Below are positions 27,333 through 29,646 of a stretch of 29,646 nt of DNA, in pieces. Position numbers and translations under genes: made by a program. The number at the start of each line of letters is the position of its first letter. The stretch's first letter is position 1. The stretch comes from Candidatus Hodarchaeota archaeon (GTDB taxonomy: Archaea; Asgardarchaeota; Heimdallarchaeia; Hodarchaeales; Hodarchaeaceae), in contig JAHQWW010000032.1 in the NCBI GenBank assembly GCA_029856365.1, positions 1 to 29,646 on the forward strand. The letters run 5' to 3'. The notes under the pieces were generated by a model. The model saw nothing but the letters and a program-made list of their open reading frames with translations, searched no databases and had not been told where the DNA came from.

Positions 27333-28349
27333 TTAATCAACTTTTACAGCCTTTTCAATACGCTCAATGAGCTCGTGATTTTGCTCATGCAACGCCTGAA
27401 CTGAAATCAATTCGAAAGAACCAACTAAACTTCCCATTTTGCTTATAACTTTGTTGGGATTAGAAGAATGAATATGAACTTTAATTTCTGATAATGATTC
27501 ATTGCTAATAACTAATAAACAATTTCCTTCCTTCCTGAGCTCAAACTTGATGAGATCCAGAGGCTTCATCAAATTACTAATTCGAAAGATTAACTCAAAT
27601 TCTGGTTCATTCTTTGGTAAATTGATTTTTGGCTTTAAAAATGGAAGCAAATCATTATCAATGGTTTGAAAGGATGTGATAGCAATTGGTAGTTTTCCAA
27701 CTATTGCACTTATAAATCCCTCAAAAATAAGGACTAAACCTATTGCTCCTGCGTCAACAACTCCTGCGAAGTTCGCTTCATGCAAAAGGCGATGAGTATC
27801 TAGTAAGGCAATTTTTGCTTCATCAAAAACCAAAAATAGTAACTCATAAGGACTACTTAAGGTATTAGACCACGTCATAGCCGTTTCTGCGATTATTCGG
27901 GCTACAGTAAGAATAGTTCCTTCCCTAGGATCCTCTATAGCTTGATAGGCTAGGTTAGCTGCTGATTTTAATCCTCTAGCAAATAAAACGCCATCAATAA
28001 TATGAAAATGTTTACATATCTTTTCTAAACCACGAAAATATTCTGCTAGGATAATTCCAGAATTACCAACACTACCTCGAAAAGCTCCAAGAGATGCAGC
28101 AGAAATGATCTTACCACAATGATTACTTTCCTTAACATTTACAATTTCATTTACAATTGATCTAAAAGTCTGGTACATATTGATCCCAGTATCACCATCA
28201 GGCACAGGAAATACATTAATATCATTAATTAGATCAATATATCTTTCCAGCTTCTTAAAAGCTTTAATAAACATAGAATAGAAATCTTTACCTTCAAAAA
28301 ATCTTGGAAAAACATTTTCCTCGACTGGGAGGAAACTGTGTTGCTCCAT
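27333..28349 (-). CDS. DAK2-domain fatty acid kinase catalytic subunit (FakA-like, lacking the C-terminal domain)
   Basis: INVFPVPDGDTGINM, GNSGIIL, EGTILTV, VVDAGA, KVHIH. Start likely at ATG 28349 (MEQHSF). Confidence 0.88.
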   Translation of the reverse strand: MEQHSFLPVEENVFPRFFEGKDFYSMFIKAFKKLERYIDLINDINVFPVPDGDTGINMYQTFRSIVNEIVNVKESNHCGKIISAASLGAFRGSVGNSGIILAEYFRGLEKICKHFHIIDGVLFARGLKSAANLAYQAIEDPREGTILTVARIIAETAMTWSNTLSSPYELLFLVFDEAKIALLDTHRLLHEANFAGVVDAGAIGLVLIFEGFISAIVGKLPIAITSFQTIDNDLLPFLKPKINLPKNEPEFELIFRISNLMKPLDLIKFELRKEGNCLLVISNESLSEIKVHIHSSNPNKVISKMGSLVGSFELISVQALHEQNHELIERIEKAVKVD

Positions 28350-28731
28350 CTTTAATGTCACAACTATGCATCTTTGGTAACATTTACACAAATATTGCTC
28401 TACTTGAACAAGTGACGCAAAGGTTTAAAACTTTTTCGATTTTAGAAAACTTCGTATATGGATTAAAAGATGAGTTGGAAATAGTAAATGTTACTAAACA
28501 AACCCAATTCCTCCTTATAGGAATTTTTTTGGTTGAAGATTCGAAGATTTAGATTTCTTATAAAAAAGTAGAAAAGATCGCCCTGACATATTTCATCTAG
28601 AATCCTTAGGAACTATTCGTAGAGCAAATACCATATTTCCAAATGTTTCAGACAATTCAGAAGTTAAAAATGGGACTTATCATGTAGAATATCGATCTTA
28701 TTAAAGCATTCTAACAAGAATTTCCTGGATC

Positions 28732-29646
28732 TTACGCAAAAACTTGAATCACGTCTCCGTCGTGTAAAACACGATCCAAACCCACTTTCTCCCCATCAAA
28801 CTTTGCCGAGCTTCCCCAAATTCTAGTGAAACGGAAGAATTTTAACATTTTTTTGCTTAACACTTGGATGGCATTTTCAACGGTACTTCCTTTTTTCAAT
28901 ATGATAGGTCTTTCAGCAATCTCCCCTTTGGCATCCCGAGTAAAAACACGAATTTTTCCTAGGTGATTGAATATAATTTCCTCCAATCCCTCAAATCCCT
29001 CTTTTTGTAAAGTAGACGTCGGCACGACCTGTAAATTAAGCTTGGACTCGTTTATAAACTGAAGAAGATCCTCATAATTCTGCTTAGAGCCTTCTAAGTC
29101 TCCTTTTGTACCTATAATTATTGCAGGGAGGTAACTAATCGTCTTATCGAGGGCATCTAGAAATTGATTAACTGTAACAGATGCATGAAAACGGATGATG
29201 GCATTCAAATAACCATTTCCCCGCATAACCTCAATTACAGCCTCTTTTCCTCCTTCACCTTCAAAAAAGTGCTCATTAAATACTTGGATGTTGCCTGAAC
29301 CCACTTTTTCTATCGTTACAGGGGGTTTTGAAACGTTCAGGCGAATTTTTCCCTTATTAAGTTCAGTTAGAACCAGTTGAAGCTGGTGTACTGGCTGTTT
29401 CGATAAATCTACTGTAATCAACACACAATCTGCATTTCGAATTCCTGCTAAGACCAATTTCCCTGACATCTCGCCTTTCACGCTTCCTTCTACCAATGCA
29501 GGCAGTTCCACGAGTTGTAGTCGTGCTCCGTTTGCTGTGACCGATCCTACTTCTGGTTTAACGGTTGTAAAAGGATATGAACCAACTTTTGCGGCCTCTG
29601 ACCGAGCAAGTTCATTCAGAACAGATGATTTGCCAGAATTAACGCT
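28732..29646 (-). CDS. DRG/OBG-family GTPase with C-terminal TGS domain; 5' end lies outside the window
   Basis: Frame open to the window edge: NSGKSS (G1), YPFTT (G2), ELPA (variant G3), TKGD (G4), TGS tail RIWGSSAKFDGEKVGLDRVLHDGDVIQ. Confidence 0.9.
   Translation of the reverse strand, partial: SVNSGKSSVLNELARSEAAKVGSYPFTTVKPEVGSVTANGARLQLVELPALVEGSVKGEMSGKLVLAGIRNADCVLITVDLSKQPVHQLQLVLTELNKGKIRLNVSKPPVTIEKVGSGNIQVFNEHFFEGEGGKEAVIEVMRGNGYLNAIIRFHASVTVNQFLDALDKTISYLPAIIIGTKGDLEGSKQNYEDLLQFINESKLNLQVVPTSTLQKEGFEGLEEIIFNHLGKIRVFTRDAKGEIAERPIILKKGSTVENAIQVLSKKMLKFFRFTRIWGSSAKFDGEKVGLDRVLHDGDVIQVFA

Noticed and set aside
1266-28552. Numerous short ORFs of about 60-120 aa antisense to or nested in the called genes
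   Set aside because: Shadow ORFs of well-supported genes, with no motifs.
1-29646. CRISPR arrays, tRNA/rRNA genes, IS elements, integrases
   Set aside because: None recognisable by eye; no periodic repeats or transposase motifs.

Overview
AT-rich archaeal chromosomal window. An Asgard (Heimdall/Hodarchaeales-like) origin is my inference from gene content, GGTGA/GAGGT-type ribosome-binding sites and oligo-T terminators, not a proven assignment. Left to right it contains: (1) the end of a carotenoid/stress cluster (crtI, fused lycopene cyclase, TspO-like protein, YbjT-like SDR, and two small genes that look frameshifted); (2) a minus-strand hdrC-hdrB-hdrD-like-hdrA(double)-mvhD operon, divergent from a lone gcvH, followed by a membrane HdrF/FadF-like oxidoreductase and hypF; (3) a long coiled-coil/winged-helix gene, a MoxR AAA+ gene and a vWA gene; (4) an M48 protease with an EF-hand-like loop next to a P2A Ca2+-ATPase; (5) a bacterial-type fakA(DAK2)-fakB(DegV)-plsY operon; (6) a partial DRG/OBG GTPase. 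The strongest hidden signal is a candidate -1 programmed ribosomal frameshift at the MoxR/vWA junction: tandem slippery heptamers, a GC-rich hairpin just downstream, and an open -1 frame. It would yield both a free AAA+ subunit and a 622-aa AAA+-vWA fusion. The acyl-phosphate lipid operon and the Hdr-lipoyl-carrier linkage are the next most notable observations.
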